In this document: one piece after another, positions 8,085 through 18,218 of the stretch
How positions within the stretch are numbered: position 1 is the stretch's first letter
How the letters are laid out: every line of letters begins with the position of its first letter
Origin: an uncultured virus (IMG/VR IMGVR_UViG_3300006868_000019)
Lineage: Duplodnaviria; Heunggongvirae; Uroviricota; Caudoviricetes
Length of the DNA: 64,000 bases
IMG/VR virus record: IMGVR_UViG_3300006868_000019
Reading direction: 5' to 3' (one strand)
Translations under genes and position numbers: made by a program
Notes under the pieces: model-generated
Told to the model about the DNA's origin: nothing
The model's input: the letters and a program-made list of their open reading frames with translations, nothing else
Database searches by the model: none

Positions 8085-8542
8085 AAAGTCTTTAAGTGGT
8101 CTTCGGTTAGTATCAGAAATTTCATATTTCGTTTTATACACCAAGCATACGCCGTTGACCACTTTCTTCTATTTCTCTCATAAGTAATCAACGCATTTTT
8201 ATAAGTACGGGTTTCACGTAAAGGTTTTTTAGGTTTGCGTGTTTGTGCTTTAGGTTTAATCTCTACAACAAACTTTTTGAATGTGCCGTCTGATTGTCTA
8301 ACTTTCATATAAAAATCAGGATAGTATCTATGTGGCCTATTGTCAACTGAACGATAGTAAATTGCTATTTCTTCACTACCCCATTCCATTACAGCCCTAG
8401 TTTTATCACAATAAATCATAAAACGTTTCTCCCAACTAGACCTATAAATAATGTTGTTTACATTGCCTTTATATTTCTGTGGGTTGAGTGGTTTGTATAT
8501 ACCTGAATAAGGGCGTTTATCTGGATTCTTCAACTTCTTCAT
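8081..8542 (-). CDS. gp4: Head completion nuclease gp4-like (TnsA-like fold)
   Basis: P.NP.KY.G....IIYRSSWE..FM.YCD, WGSEE, HRYYPDF, VEIKP, ILTE. Confidence 0.92.
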   Translation of the reverse strand: MKKLKNPDKRPYSGIYKPLNPQKYKGNVNNIIYRSSWEKRFMIYCDKTRAVMEWGSEEIAIYYRSVDNRPHRYYPDFYMKVRQSDGTFKKFVVEIKPKAQTRKPKKPLRETRTYKNALITYERNRRKWSTAYAWCIKRNMKFLILTEDHLKTF

Positions 8543-8574
8543 AGAATCTATTTATTATCAACATAAATAGTAGT

Positions 8575-9129
8575 ATGGCAAGTGTATTTGACACAATCAA
8601 ACAAAGAGCAGGAGACGCTCAAAAATCTGCTACTTGGTATAGAACGCAAGTAAATAAAATAGCGAGTGGCACAACTGCTAAACAATTGTTTAGACAAAAC
8701 AAACTAAATGGTCGTCCTAGCGTAGGTAGATTGAACTTGTTTGGGTACAATCCTAAATTAAGAAAAACTCTACCTTATTATGACGTGTTCCCATTAGTGT
8801 TGCCATTAGAACCAATATCAGGTGGGTTTATGGGTATGAACTTTCACTATTTGCCACCTCTATTGAGATTTAAACTATTAGAACGTATGCAGGCAAGAGC
8901 GTCTGATACAAGATTTGATAAGAATACAAGATTTGAAGTCAACTATGATGATGTAAAGAATGTGAAAATAGTAAAACCAACAATAAAGAAATATTTGTAC
9001 TCATATGTACAGACAGGTTTTTTAAGAATAAATGCTGATGAGGCTGCAACAGCGATTTATCTACCTGTACAAAGATTTAAAAAGGCGTCTGTAGGACAAG
9101 TCTATGCAGATAGTAGGAGATTTATTTAA
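8575..9129 (+). CDS. gp2: DNA end protector gp2-like
   Basis: YNPK....LPYYD.FPLV, G.NFHYLP...R; divergent from gp4. Confidence 0.9.
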   Translation: MASVFDTIKQRAGDAQKSATWYRTQVNKIASGTTAKQLFRQNKLNGRPSVGRLNLFGYNPKLRKTLPYYDVFPLVLPLEPISGGFMGMNFHYLPPLLRFKLLERMQARASDTRFDKNTRFEVNYDDVKNVKIVKPTIKKYLYSYVQTGFLRINADEAATAIYLPVQRFKKASVGQVYADSRRFI

Positions 9130-10229
9130 TGTCATTAATTAGTATAGGCAAAAGAATAGGTGACATGGATATACGATTAGGTATACCACCTAGTAAACCA
9201 CAATTCAGTACAACAGAAACAAATAAAAGATTCTCATATAACAACGTATCATCTAATTACAATTCTGTATTCAATCAATTTAGATCAGGTCTAACAGGTG
9301 CTGGTGGGTTGGCTAGACCTACGCAGTTTCTATGTACGATTGATGGACCACAAAGTAAAACATTACCACGTGATTACGTTTATGCTGACCCTACAGGTGG
9401 TAAGAAGGCTGCTGCTAGAATGGCAAAGAGTGCTAGATTAGCAGGTGCAATAAAAGAGAATTTACAATTAAGAATGGATCTATTCTGTTCTAACGTATCA
9501 TTGCCAGGTAAAACAATTACAGATGATGTGAATGAAACATACTATGGTCCTAAAAGAGCGATAGCAAAGAATGTTAGTTTTGAAGAGGTTACATTAGAAT
9601 TTTATACAAGTGTTAACTATGATGAACGATTATATTTTGAGGCATGGCAAAACTCTATCGTAGATCCTATTACTCACAACGTGGGTTACTATGATGACTA
9701 CGCTACACCATGTATGATTACGATTACACCATTACATAAATCATTTACAGCAGCTCTTGCTAACTTTGAGCCATCAGGTGACGCAGTAAAAGATAGGGAA
9801 AGAATACGTAAGAGTTTAGGTGACTCATCTGGTTTTACGTCATATCAGGTACAGATGTACGAAGTATGGCCTAAAACTATTGCTTCAACACCATTGTCAT
9901 ATGACGCTCAAAATCAATTAGTAAAAACAAGTGTAACATTTACATATAGAAATTATGCTACATCAGCATGGAACTATTTAAGACAAGGTATGGATGTAGA
10001 GAATAGAAGAAACAAAAAAAATAGAGAAGAATATAGATCAAATACTACAGCACTACAAACTAACTTTTTAGATAACTTACCATTTGGTATAGGTAACGAG
10101 ATAGGTAGAGCAGGTAGACAAGTCTATGAAAAGTTAAGAAGAAATTTGCCTATTGGGCGAGTAACGGGAGGGCGTGTGTTCCCGAAAGGTCTGCCAGACC
10201 CTAAAATCATACGTGATATATTATATTAA
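9129..10229 (+). CDS. gp54: Baseplate tail-tube initiator gp54-like (tube fold)
   Basis: GGLARPTQF, FCSNVSLPGK, FEAWQ, YYDDY, EVWPKTI, VTFTYR. Confidence 0.7.
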   Translation: MSLISIGKRIGDMDIRLGIPPSKPQFSTTETNKRFSYNNVSSNYNSVFNQFRSGLTGAGGLARPTQFLCTIDGPQSKTLPRDYVYADPTGGKKAAARMAKSARLAGAIKENLQLRMDLFCSNVSLPGKTITDDVNETYYGPKRAIAKNVSFEEVTLEFYTSVNYDERLYFEAWQNSIVDPITHNVGYYDDYATPCMITITPLHKSFTAALANFEPSGDAVKDRERIRKSLGDSSGFTSYQVQMYEVWPKTIASTPLSYDAQNQLVKTSVTFTYRNYATSAWNYLRQGMDVENRRNKKNREEYRSNTTALQTNFLDNLPFGIGNEIGRAGRQVYEKLRRNLPIGRVTGGRVFPKGLPDPKIIRDILY

Positions 10230-10240
10230 AGGAGTAAATA

Positions 10241-10957
10241 ATGCTTAATTTTATGAAGACGCCTGAACATGACTTGATATTGTCAAACGGTGTGAAGGTA
10301 AAGTACAGACCATTTTTAGTAAAAGAAGAAAAGATTTTATTGATGTCTGTAGAGAACAATGTAGAACAGGAGATGGTTAATACACTAATTAAAACTGTTC
10401 AAACTTGTGTATTGACAGATGGTATTGACGTTACAAAGTTACCAGTTTATGATTTTGAATGGTTATGGTTAAACATAAGATCAAAGTCAATAGGTGAAAC
10501 TGTACAACTTAAACTAAAATGTCCAGATGATGAAACACAGGTTGTAGATTATGATTTTAATATTGAGAGTGTAAAACCAGACTTTAGTAAAAAGGTGGAC
10601 ACACATATACCTTTTTCAAAAGATTACGGTGTGATAATGAAAGTGCCTACTATAATTGAAGTGTCGAATAAGAAGACTATTATTGACCTTACAGTTAATT
10701 TAATGAGGGATTGTATTGCTCAGATTTACAATGGTGATGAAGTGTTTGAAACTTCAGACCTTGAAGCAAAAGAACTTGAGCAGTTTGTTGACAACTTGAC
10801 TATGCCACAATTCAAAAAACTAAAAGATTTTTTTGAAACGTTGCCTATCATAAGTCACAAAATAAAATACAAGAACCCTAAATCAGGTGTAGAGCATGAG
10901 TTATTATTACAAGGGGCTTCTGATTTTTTTCAGTTACCCTCTTACATGAAAGCCTAG
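10241..10957 (+). CDS. gp26: Baseplate hub subunit/assembly chaperone gp26-like
   Basis: VKYRPFLVKEEKILL, D.EWL.L.IR.KS.GE, FFETLP, G..DFF. Confidence 0.88.
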   Translation: MLNFMKTPEHDLILSNGVKVKYRPFLVKEEKILLMSVENNVEQEMVNTLIKTVQTCVLTDGIDVTKLPVYDFEWLWLNIRSKSIGETVQLKLKCPDDETQVVDYDFNIESVKPDFSKKVDTHIPFSKDYGVIMKVPTIIEVSNKKTIIDLTVNLMRDCIAQIYNGDEVFETSDLEAKELEQFVDNLTMPQFKKLKDFFETLPIISHKIKYKNPKSGVEHELLLQGASDFFQLPSYMKA

Positions 10958-11121
10958 AGAGTTTTTATAGGACAAACTTTGCTTTAATGCAATACCATAA
11001 ATACTCATTAGGTGACCTTGAAGGAATGTTACCATGGGAGAGGGAAATATATGTTGACTTATTGTTACAACATATACGAGAAGAAAACGAGAAGATAAGA
11101 GAAAAACAAAGAGGGAGATAA
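10924..11121 (+). CDS. gp51: gp51-like baseplate hub assembly protein; open frame begins at a T7 run, first ATG at 10987 (not in the ORF track)
   Basis: LHESLESFYRTNFALMQYHKYSLGDLEGMLPWEREIYVDLL matches the gp51-like pattern; lies in the -1 frame relative to gp26. Confidence 0.8.
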   Translation, partial: FFSVTLLHESLESFYRTNFALMQYHKYSLGDLEGMLPWEREIYVDLLLQHIREENEKIREKQRGR

Positions 11122-11122
11122 T

Positions 11123-11422
11123 ATGAACTTTTTAAAAAATATGTTAACTACAGGTTGGCTAGGTTTTAAATACGGATGCAAATCATTATGGCATTTTATT
11201 GAGGTAGAGATACCTGAATTGATGTCTAACTGGAGACTAGTACCAAGACTATTAATGCTTGCTTATGGTTGGGCATTTTTAGATGTAATCAATTGGTTTA
11301 TGGCACTAGAGAATCCTAACAACGCACAGGCAGGGTTAGTGTCAGTAGTCGTTGGGGCTGGTGCAGGTTGGTTTGCAATATACGTAAACGGTAAACCATC
11401 AAAAGTAAAGAATAAAGAATAA
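11123..11422 (+). CDS. Small membrane protein with two TM segments
   Basis: WRLVPRLLM...WFM.L..P...QAGLVSVVVGAGAGWF. Confidence 0.7.
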   Translation: MNFLKNMLTTGWLGFKYGCKSLWHFIEVEIPELMSNWRLVPRLLMLAYGWAFLDVINWFMALENPNNAQAGLVSVVVGAGAGWFAIYVNGKPSKVKNKE

Positions 11423-13098
11423 TGGCAGCACAAGTCGAATCCAAGGTCTTTAAAAAGGCTTCAGCAGAGAACTTTAAGTCGATTCTAAAAAGACAAAAAG
11501 AAGATGAATCTGATCCTAAGTTTGCTATATCTGACTCGTTACAAGAGTACCAATCTCAATTAGAGAGGTCTGCTGGTTACACGAGTCAGGCAAAGTTGAA
11601 TGACGCACAAATACGACAAGAGATAATCAACTTTGTTATAGACTATTCTGTTGTTGAACTTGACTCTTTGAAAGGTATGGATTTTGATGACGCAAAAACT
11701 CAACAACAAACTACAGAAAAAACAATCAAAGAGTATGAAGGTCTATTTAAGAAAGGTATTATTTCAGAGGAAGAACTTGCATATATCCAAGAAACTGTAG
11801 GTAAAACGAATGCTGAATTAAAAAAAGTATTAGGGTTATCAACTAAATTATCATTATCATTTAGAGATTTTAAGAAAGAATTAAAACCACTTAAACTTGC
11901 TAAACGTATAGGTCTTACAAATGTTCCTATTATAGGCAAAAGAATAGAAAGAGCAATTGAGTCTGAAGAAAGAGCAGAGCAAAGAGGTATATCTGCTAAA
12001 AGACAATTGCGTAGAAAAGAAACAAAAGGTTCTTTAAAACAAGGCGATAGCACATCAACAGCTGCAGGTACAAAAGGTGGTAGAGAAGATATAGCAAAAG
12101 ACGCAACTGCTGGGTCGTTAGGTATGGATCTTATGCCTGATACTGCCGATAGTGGTCTTGCAGATAGTGAAGAGGCAACTGAACAAGAAAGAGAATCAGA
12201 TAAACAATTTGATACATCATCAGGTTTATTAGAAAAGATTTACGAAGAATCAAAACTTACAAACGAACTATTAGGTGGTAAAAAAGAAGACGATAAAGGT
12301 TTCTTTGAGGGCGTAGGTAATGCCTTGTTACCACTTGCAGCCTTATCAACATTAGGTGGTACAATTACAGGTGCAATCACAGGACTAGGTAGTACACTTG
12401 CAGGCTCAGTAAGAAGTATGTTAGGTCTACCACCAAAAGCACCTAAAGGACCTGTGGGTGCAAAACCAAAGGTACTTGGTACTGGTTCAGGCACTACAGC
12501 AGTAACAAGCACAGGTGCAGATAAAAAAGATTTAAAGACTAAAACAAAAACAGGTTCACTTGTTAAAAACAATCTTAAAAAAGGTGTCAAGGTAGCAGGT
12601 AAAGTGGCAGGTGGTGCTGCTAGAGTTGCAGGACGTGTATTCTTACCTCTTGCTGCTGTTATGGGCATGTTTGACGCTGCTAAAGGTGTTGCAGAAGCAG
12701 GTGATTTACTTGACAAAGAAGAAGGTGAAGAACTAACATTTAGAGATAAAGCGTCATCAGGTTTTGCTGGGTTCTTATCAGGTTTAACATTAGGATTAGT
12801 AGATAAGAAAAAGACTGCTAAGTTTCTTGCAGGCGATAGTGACTCACCATCAATTGCTGATCAACATAATGATTTGGGTCTTGTAAAGAACGATCAAAAG
12901 ACGCTTGACAAGGTAGAAGAATTAAAGGCAGATAAAATAGAGAAATTAACAATAGGTAATGGTGAGGCTGGTACTATAATTAACAACATTAATAACAGCT
13001 CATCTAATACAACAAATAAAACAGAATACGGTTCAACAAACATAGGAACAACAAATCCAGATAGTACAGTTAAAGATCAATCTGTGATGATACCTTAA
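11422..13098 (+). CDS. Probable tape-measure/gp29-like protein
   Basis: Helical charged N-terminus, Gly/Ala-rich hydrophobic segments, Asn/Ser/Thr-rich C-terminus; lies between gp51 and gp48. Confidence 0.55.
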   Translation: MAAQVESKVFKKASAENFKSILKRQKEDESDPKFAISDSLQEYQSQLERSAGYTSQAKLNDAQIRQEIINFVIDYSVVELDSLKGMDFDDAKTQQQTTEKTIKEYEGLFKKGIISEEELAYIQETVGKTNAELKKVLGLSTKLSLSFRDFKKELKPLKLAKRIGLTNVPIIGKRIERAIESEERAEQRGISAKRQLRRKETKGSLKQGDSTSTAAGTKGGREDIAKDATAGSLGMDLMPDTADSGLADSEEATEQERESDKQFDTSSGLLEKIYEESKLTNELLGGKKEDDKGFFEGVGNALLPLAALSTLGGTITGAITGLGSTLAGSVRSMLGLPPKAPKGPVGAKPKVLGTGSGTTAVTSTGADKKDLKTKTKTGSLVKNNLKKGVKVAGKVAGGAARVAGRVFLPLAAVMGMFDAAKGVAEAGDLLDKEEGEELTFRDKASSGFAGFLSGLTLGLVDKKKTAKFLAGDSDSPSIADQHNDLGLVKNDQKTLDKVEELKADKIEKLTIGNGEAGTIINNINNSSSNTTNKTEYGSTNIGTTNPDSTVKDQSVMIP

Positions 13099-13109
13099 TA
13101 AATATTAAT

Positions 13110-14222
13110 ATGAAAGCATTTAAAGCACTAACAACACTTATCAACGGCCTGAAGAACAAAGGCAACGTTTTACAAGGTCGTAATATACCATCATTTAGAA
13201 CGATAGCAAGTAAAGCAGGTGTTATCAATTATAACCCTGGTAATGCAGATTACACATCAACAAGACACTCAATGAGCAATAACTTTTTTGTGTACCCTAT
13301 AAACCATGAAGACCAAGAGCATTACATGTTATTTGATATTATAGAACGTGTAGCTGAAGAAGGTGGTGCAGGTAATAATAGAAGTGTAGGTAATCAATAC
13401 TTAACAAAAAGAGCAGATAACCTTAACAAGGTCGTGTACAATGCAAATAGATTTTTTGGTGAAGGTTCTTCTAACATAGGATTCGGTATACCTACAGGTA
13501 AAGGTTCTGCTAGAAATATAAAAAATACAATTGCAATATACATGCCACAAACATTAAAATTCAATATGCAGGCAGACTATGGTGCTGAAGAGGTTGGTAT
13601 GATAACAGGTGCAATGGCAAAACTAAAAGACGCAGTTAATAGTGGTAAATTCTTTGGGTCAGATTTAGGATCAATTACAGCACAATTAGGTAAGGCTGTA
13701 TCAGGTGTAGGTGCATTTGCCTCTGGTGGTCTATTGTCAGGTACACAGGCTGCATTGCAACGTAGAACAGGTATTGCCCCAGCAGCCATGCAAGAGATGA
13801 TATTCAATGGCATAGATTACAGAAATTTTAGTTTTACATTTAAATTTACACCACGTAGTAAAGAAGAATCAGATGTGGTTAATAAGATATTACATGCTAT
13901 CAAAGACGCTATGTTGCCTGAAAGATACGGTGACGGTAGTAGTATTGCAGCCTACAAGGTGCCACATGAATTTGTAATTAGATTTATGAAAGGTACAGCA
14001 ATCAACCCATACATAGATCAAATAGGATTGTGTGCTTGTACAGGTGTTGATATAGATTATGGCTCAGACAAATTTAGTACACACCCTAGTGGTGATCCTG
14101 TGTCAATAGACGCAACATTAAGTTTTAGAGAACTAGAACTAATGGAAAGAAAACGTTACAACGAATTAAGATTGTCAGCAAGCAACGCACCGTCAGCTGC
14201 TGAAACAAAGGGGGCTAGATAA
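13110..14222 (+). CDS. gp48: Baseplate tail-tube cap gp48-like
   Basis: IAIYMP, F.G..YRNFSFTFKFTPRS.EES, P.EF.I, LSFRELE. Confidence 0.85.
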   Translation: MKAFKALTTLINGLKNKGNVLQGRNIPSFRTIASKAGVINYNPGNADYTSTRHSMSNNFFVYPINHEDQEHYMLFDIIERVAEEGGAGNNRSVGNQYLTKRADNLNKVVYNANRFFGEGSSNIGFGIPTGKGSARNIKNTIAIYMPQTLKFNMQADYGAEEVGMITGAMAKLKDAVNSGKFFGSDLGSITAQLGKAVSGVGAFASGGLLSGTQAALQRRTGIAPAAMQEMIFNGIDYRNFSFTFKFTPRSKEESDVVNKILHAIKDAMLPERYGDGSSIAAYKVPHEFVIRFMKGTAINPYIDQIGLCACTGVDIDYGSDKFSTHPSGDPVSIDATLSFRELELMERKRYNELRLSASNAPSAAETKGAR

Positions 14223-14752
14223 TGCCATCATATTTTGAGAACTTTCCTAAAATTTACTATGACGCAGTAGGCAAAGGTGATTACAAGTTAGTCACAAACC
14301 TATTAAGACGTGTACAGATTAAAGAAGGATTAAGTGAAACGGCTGCTCTATTTGATCTATATGACATAGGTGGTGAAGACACACCAGAGTCAGTATCAGA
14401 GCAGTTTTATGGCGATCAACGATATTACTGGATAATATTGTTATTCAACAAAGTCAAAGATAGATTTTATGATTGGCCTTTACCTCAAGCACAGTTTGAG
14501 CAATATGTAAATGACAAGTACAATGCACCTAATGGCATACATCATTACGAAGTTGCTCAGTCTTCTGGTTCAACATCTTCATTTGACGACTCACATATGA
14601 TAGAAGTAAACAGCACCGTGTCAGGTGCTACGTCTGTTTCTAATTACGAGTATGAATTACGAATACAAAATAAGAAGGCAAGGATCAAACTAATCAAACC
14701 AGAATTTTTAGAACTGATTACACAAGAATTTAAAACCTTGATAGGAGGATAA
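14222..14752 (+). CDS. gp53: Baseplate wedge subunit gp53-like
   Basis: YF..FP.I.Y, DTPE.VS..FYGD..YYWIILLFN, DWP, HHYE, SNYEYE...N..K.RI. Confidence 0.9.
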   Translation: MPSYFENFPKIYYDAVGKGDYKLVTNLLRRVQIKEGLSETAALFDLYDIGGEDTPESVSEQFYGDQRYYWIILLFNKVKDRFYDWPLPQAQFEQYVNDKYNAPNGIHHYEVAQSSGSTSSFDDSHMIEVNSTVSGATSVSNYEYELRIQNKKARIKLIKPEFLELITQEFKTLIGG

Positions 14753-14753
14753 G

Positions 14754-16745
14754 ATGGCCGATAAGGCAGCTCCCAAATATGATGACCTGAACAACAGATT
14801 CCCTGGCGATTTTAGAGCAGGTGAGATAATACTTTACAGTTACGGTGGTTCGCAGTTAGAAATATCAGGTATGACAGCCGTAGTCAACGTCTACCAAGAT
14901 TTAGATTCAGCATTTTTATCAGGCAACCTCATGTTCATAGACAGCGTAGGTGCAGTTAATAAGTTGCCTATCATAGGTAACGAGTTTTTAGAGTTTAAAT
15001 TTAGAACACCTATAGACGCAGGTGGTGATGAAGAAATGAACGCTACAAACCACAGATTTCAAGTATATGAAAAACGATCAGTAAGATCAACACAAAACTC
15101 ACAGGCTGTTGCCTTATTCTTTACATCAATCGAATCAATACGAAATGAGCGAATACGTGTATCAAAATCATTAACAGGATCATATGCAGAAATGGTTGAC
15201 AAGATAGTCAAATCAGACAAATCCTTGCTCAACTCTAAAAAAGACCTATTCATTGACCCTACAAAAGGCGTGTACAAATACACGTTTCCTAATTGCAGAC
15301 CTGCTGAAGGTGTAAGGCACATGACGTTTATGTCAGAGCCAGTCAATTACAAAACACCTGATTATATGTTCTATGAAAACAATAGAGGTTTTCATTTTAG
15401 ATGTTTAGAGTCATTGTATAGAGAGAGTGGTGACACATCACGTAACAGACCATTTGTTGCCTTTGTAGACCTATTGTCAGCGTTTAATCCTAACTTTAGT
15501 ACACCAGACGTAGAGTCAGAGTCGCCTATAACTAAACCATATTCATTTTCATTTAACGACTCATATAACACATTAAAAAATACAAGACGAGGCATGTTCG
15601 GTAGTGTGACCTATGCACACGACCTAATAGATAAGAAATTTGTAAAGAGTAAATTGACATACACAAACTACTATGAACAGGCATTACACATAGACGCACC
15701 GACAGGTGCTGGTGCAGTATATCAAGGTATCATGCCACCTGGGCCTGCTGACTTTGATGATGACTATACAATAGATGATAAATCATATGGTTCAAAAAAC
15801 AAACACCAGATCAATAGACTACATGCTAGTAAATTGACCAAGGCGTCAAGTGCTGACAATCGTAAGTACATGGATGATTATTTTGCTCGTGTATTTGTTG
15901 TACCTGATACTAAATCAAATCACATTTTCAATAGTGAGGGTATGGGATCAGATCCTAGAATGACAGGAAAACAGAATTTATCAGAAGCAACGAGAGATTA
16001 CTTCTCAATGAATATAGACGTACCAGGTAACTTTACATACAATGTAGGTGACCTAGTATGGTGTGAAGTGCCATCATATAACGCTGCAGATATGACAACA
16101 GATAATAAGGTTATGAGAGAAGACGTGATAGACCCATTCCTTACAGGTCGTTATCTAATATCTAAATTACACCATCAAATTGATATGATAGATCAGAAAC
16201 ACACTACAGCGATGACTGTGGTTAGAAACGTATTTGCTAATGATTTACCAAATGCTGATACATTTAAAGCAGGTGCTCACTTTAGATCACAACCTATAGA
16301 TGTAATCGGGTCAGGTGTAGATATATCAACGTTAACACCTATTAAGAACAAATTAGACGGCAAAATACCGTCACCACAGATTAGTAACGTAAATGACATT
16401 GCTAAGAAGTTAGGCGTAGATTTGAATAGTAGTGACATGTCCATCAAGGATGCCGCTAATAAGGCGGTTAATAACGTCCTAAACAGTACTTCCAATAGAG
16501 TTTTGATGAACGAACACCTTGCAAAGATCAATAGCACAATACTACAAAGAAAGACCGTAGTAGAGAAAATTGCAGAAAAGGCTAAACTAGCATTAGGAGG
16601 CATAAACCTCAGTAACGTAAACAACATACCACCATCAATGAGGGGCTCAATGCAAGGGAATATCAATAGCTTTGTACAATCTAGTATGGTTGCCTTTAAG
16701 AAGAACTTATCTAGTGCTAAGAGTTTTTTTAAAGGATTCTTCTAG
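14754..16745 (+). CDS. Baseplate hub protein (gp27-like) with C-terminal extension
   Basis: LPIIGNE, FYEN.RGFHFR.LESL, VPGN...VGD, LTGRYLIS.LHH; lies between gp53 and gp5. Confidence 0.75.
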   Translation: MADKAAPKYDDLNNRFPGDFRAGEIILYSYGGSQLEISGMTAVVNVYQDLDSAFLSGNLMFIDSVGAVNKLPIIGNEFLEFKFRTPIDAGGDEEMNATNHRFQVYEKRSVRSTQNSQAVALFFTSIESIRNERIRVSKSLTGSYAEMVDKIVKSDKSLLNSKKDLFIDPTKGVYKYTFPNCRPAEGVRHMTFMSEPVNYKTPDYMFYENNRGFHFRCLESLYRESGDTSRNRPFVAFVDLLSAFNPNFSTPDVESESPITKPYSFSFNDSYNTLKNTRRGMFGSVTYAHDLIDKKFVKSKLTYTNYYEQALHIDAPTGAGAVYQGIMPPGPADFDDDYTIDDKSYGSKNKHQINRLHASKLTKASSADNRKYMDDYFARVFVVPDTKSNHIFNSEGMGSDPRMTGKQNLSEATRDYFSMNIDVPGNFTYNVGDLVWCEVPSYNAADMTTDNKVMREDVIDPFLTGRYLISKLHHQIDMIDQKHTTAMTVVRNVFANDLPNADTFKAGAHFRSQPIDVIGSGVDISTLTPIKNKLDGKIPSPQISNVNDIAKKLGVDLNSSDMSIKDAANKAVNNVLNSTSNRVLMNEHLAKINSTILQRKTVVEKIAEKAKLALGGINLSNVNNIPPSMRGSMQGNINSFVQSSMVAFKKNLSSAKSFFKGFF

Positions 16746-17048
16746 TATGCTCAAAGTTTATTGCGAGTTTAGAAAAAAATTTCCATATAAGGGTATGGCC
16801 ACATGAGAGGACACAATAGAATAGACCTACAAACAATGTAAGAACGAACTATTACAAACTTACAAAGGACCAAAGACAATTTGAACAATATGAAAGAAAT
16901 ATACACAAAAAGATCAATGAATATAAGAGGTATCAACGATAGGCCTCTAATAAGTGCTTCGCACCGCGGCGCCTACGCAATCCTTTTAAATACGGATAAA
17001 TATAAGGAGGTGACCGCTTTAAATACGGTCATTTATGGGAAAAAATAA

Positions 17049-18140
17049 ATGAGTACTACAGATTTTATGGGCAGAGATGGCTTCATCTGGTTTACAGGTG
17101 TCGTTGAGGATAGAAAAGACCCACTTAAATTGGGCCGAGTAAGAGTAAGATGTCTAGGTTATCACACGGAAGACAAAGAGGCCTTACCTACTACAGATTT
17201 ACCTTGGGCACATCCAATGTTGCCAATTACTGCCAGTGGCACATCTGGCATTGGGCAAACTCCCCTTGGCCTTTTAGAAGGCTCGTGGGTGGTTGGTTTC
17301 TTTAGGGACGCAGATACTAAACAAGACGCAGTAATTATGGGGAGTTTGCCAGGCAGACCCATTACTACAGGCGCACAGAATTTAGCAGAGGGCCTTGGGT
17401 TTAGCGACCCTAATGGCAATTACCCACGTTACGCAGGCGAATCAGATGTTAATAGACTAGCACGGAATGACGCAGATAATCAGAGCATTACGCTAGAAGC
17501 ACGTAAGACATTTAGAGCGGCCTCTTATACAAATATACCTAGTGCAAATATACTCCCTATCGCAGATGGCATAGTAGATATAGCACAGTCGGAGGGTGAT
17601 GTATGGTCCTTACCTGAAAATACATATGCAACTGAATACCCATACGGCCATGTATATGAGAGCGAATCAGGCCATCTATTAGAGTTTGACGATACACCAG
17701 ACCAAGAGCGTATTCTATTATATCATCATAGTGGTACTGAAACAGAAATCACGGCCGAAGGAACAAAGAACGAAGTAAACAAAGATTCAACTCATACGAT
17801 AACCGAGAAAGACAATAAGGTCTATATCAAAGGGTCCTCTGACCTAACAATCGGTGGTCGCCATAAGATAACAATAAACGCTGATGGTGCTGCTAATAAC
17901 AATTACGATATACAGGTAGGGCCTAACGCTAATGTCAATATACAAGTAGATAAAGGTAACATTAATATGGCCGCTTTAGATGGTGATATTAATATGTTTG
18001 CTAATAACAATATGAATGTAAGAGTAGGTGGTACGTATAAACTTGTTGCTGGTAAGATATTAGAAACATCACAAAGTACAACCACACGTAGCGCTCAGAA
18101 TGAGTATCACACGTATGGTAACCCAATTGACCACAACTAA
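17049..18140 (+). CDS. gp5: Baseplate central spike gp5-like (OB fold plus beta-helix, no lysozyme domain)
   Basis: WFTGVVEDR.DPL.LGRVRVR..G.H, LPWA, G.WV.GFF.D, YPY.HV.ESESGH..EFDDTP..ERI...H.SGT. Confidence 0.92.
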   Translation: MSTTDFMGRDGFIWFTGVVEDRKDPLKLGRVRVRCLGYHTEDKEALPTTDLPWAHPMLPITASGTSGIGQTPLGLLEGSWVVGFFRDADTKQDAVIMGSLPGRPITTGAQNLAEGLGFSDPNGNYPRYAGESDVNRLARNDADNQSITLEARKTFRAASYTNIPSANILPIADGIVDIAQSEGDVWSLPENTYATEYPYGHVYESESGHLLEFDDTPDQERILLYHHSGTETEITAEGTKNEVNKDSTHTITEKDNKVYIKGSSDLTIGGRHKITINADGAANNNYDIQVGPNANVNIQVDKGNINMAALDGDINMFANNNMNVRVGGTYKLVAGKILETSQSTTTRSAQNEYHTYGNPIDHN

Positions 18141-18218
18141 AACTGGCTAGGCTTTCTAATCTATAAAAGTAGTAAGTAACATAGAGATATAACGAAGCGG
18201 TATTTTATGGTTTTATAT

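Noticed and set aside
8081..8542. TnsA transposase / mobile element
   Set aside because: The fold is shared, but sequence and position next to gp2 identify the T4 gp4 head completion protein.
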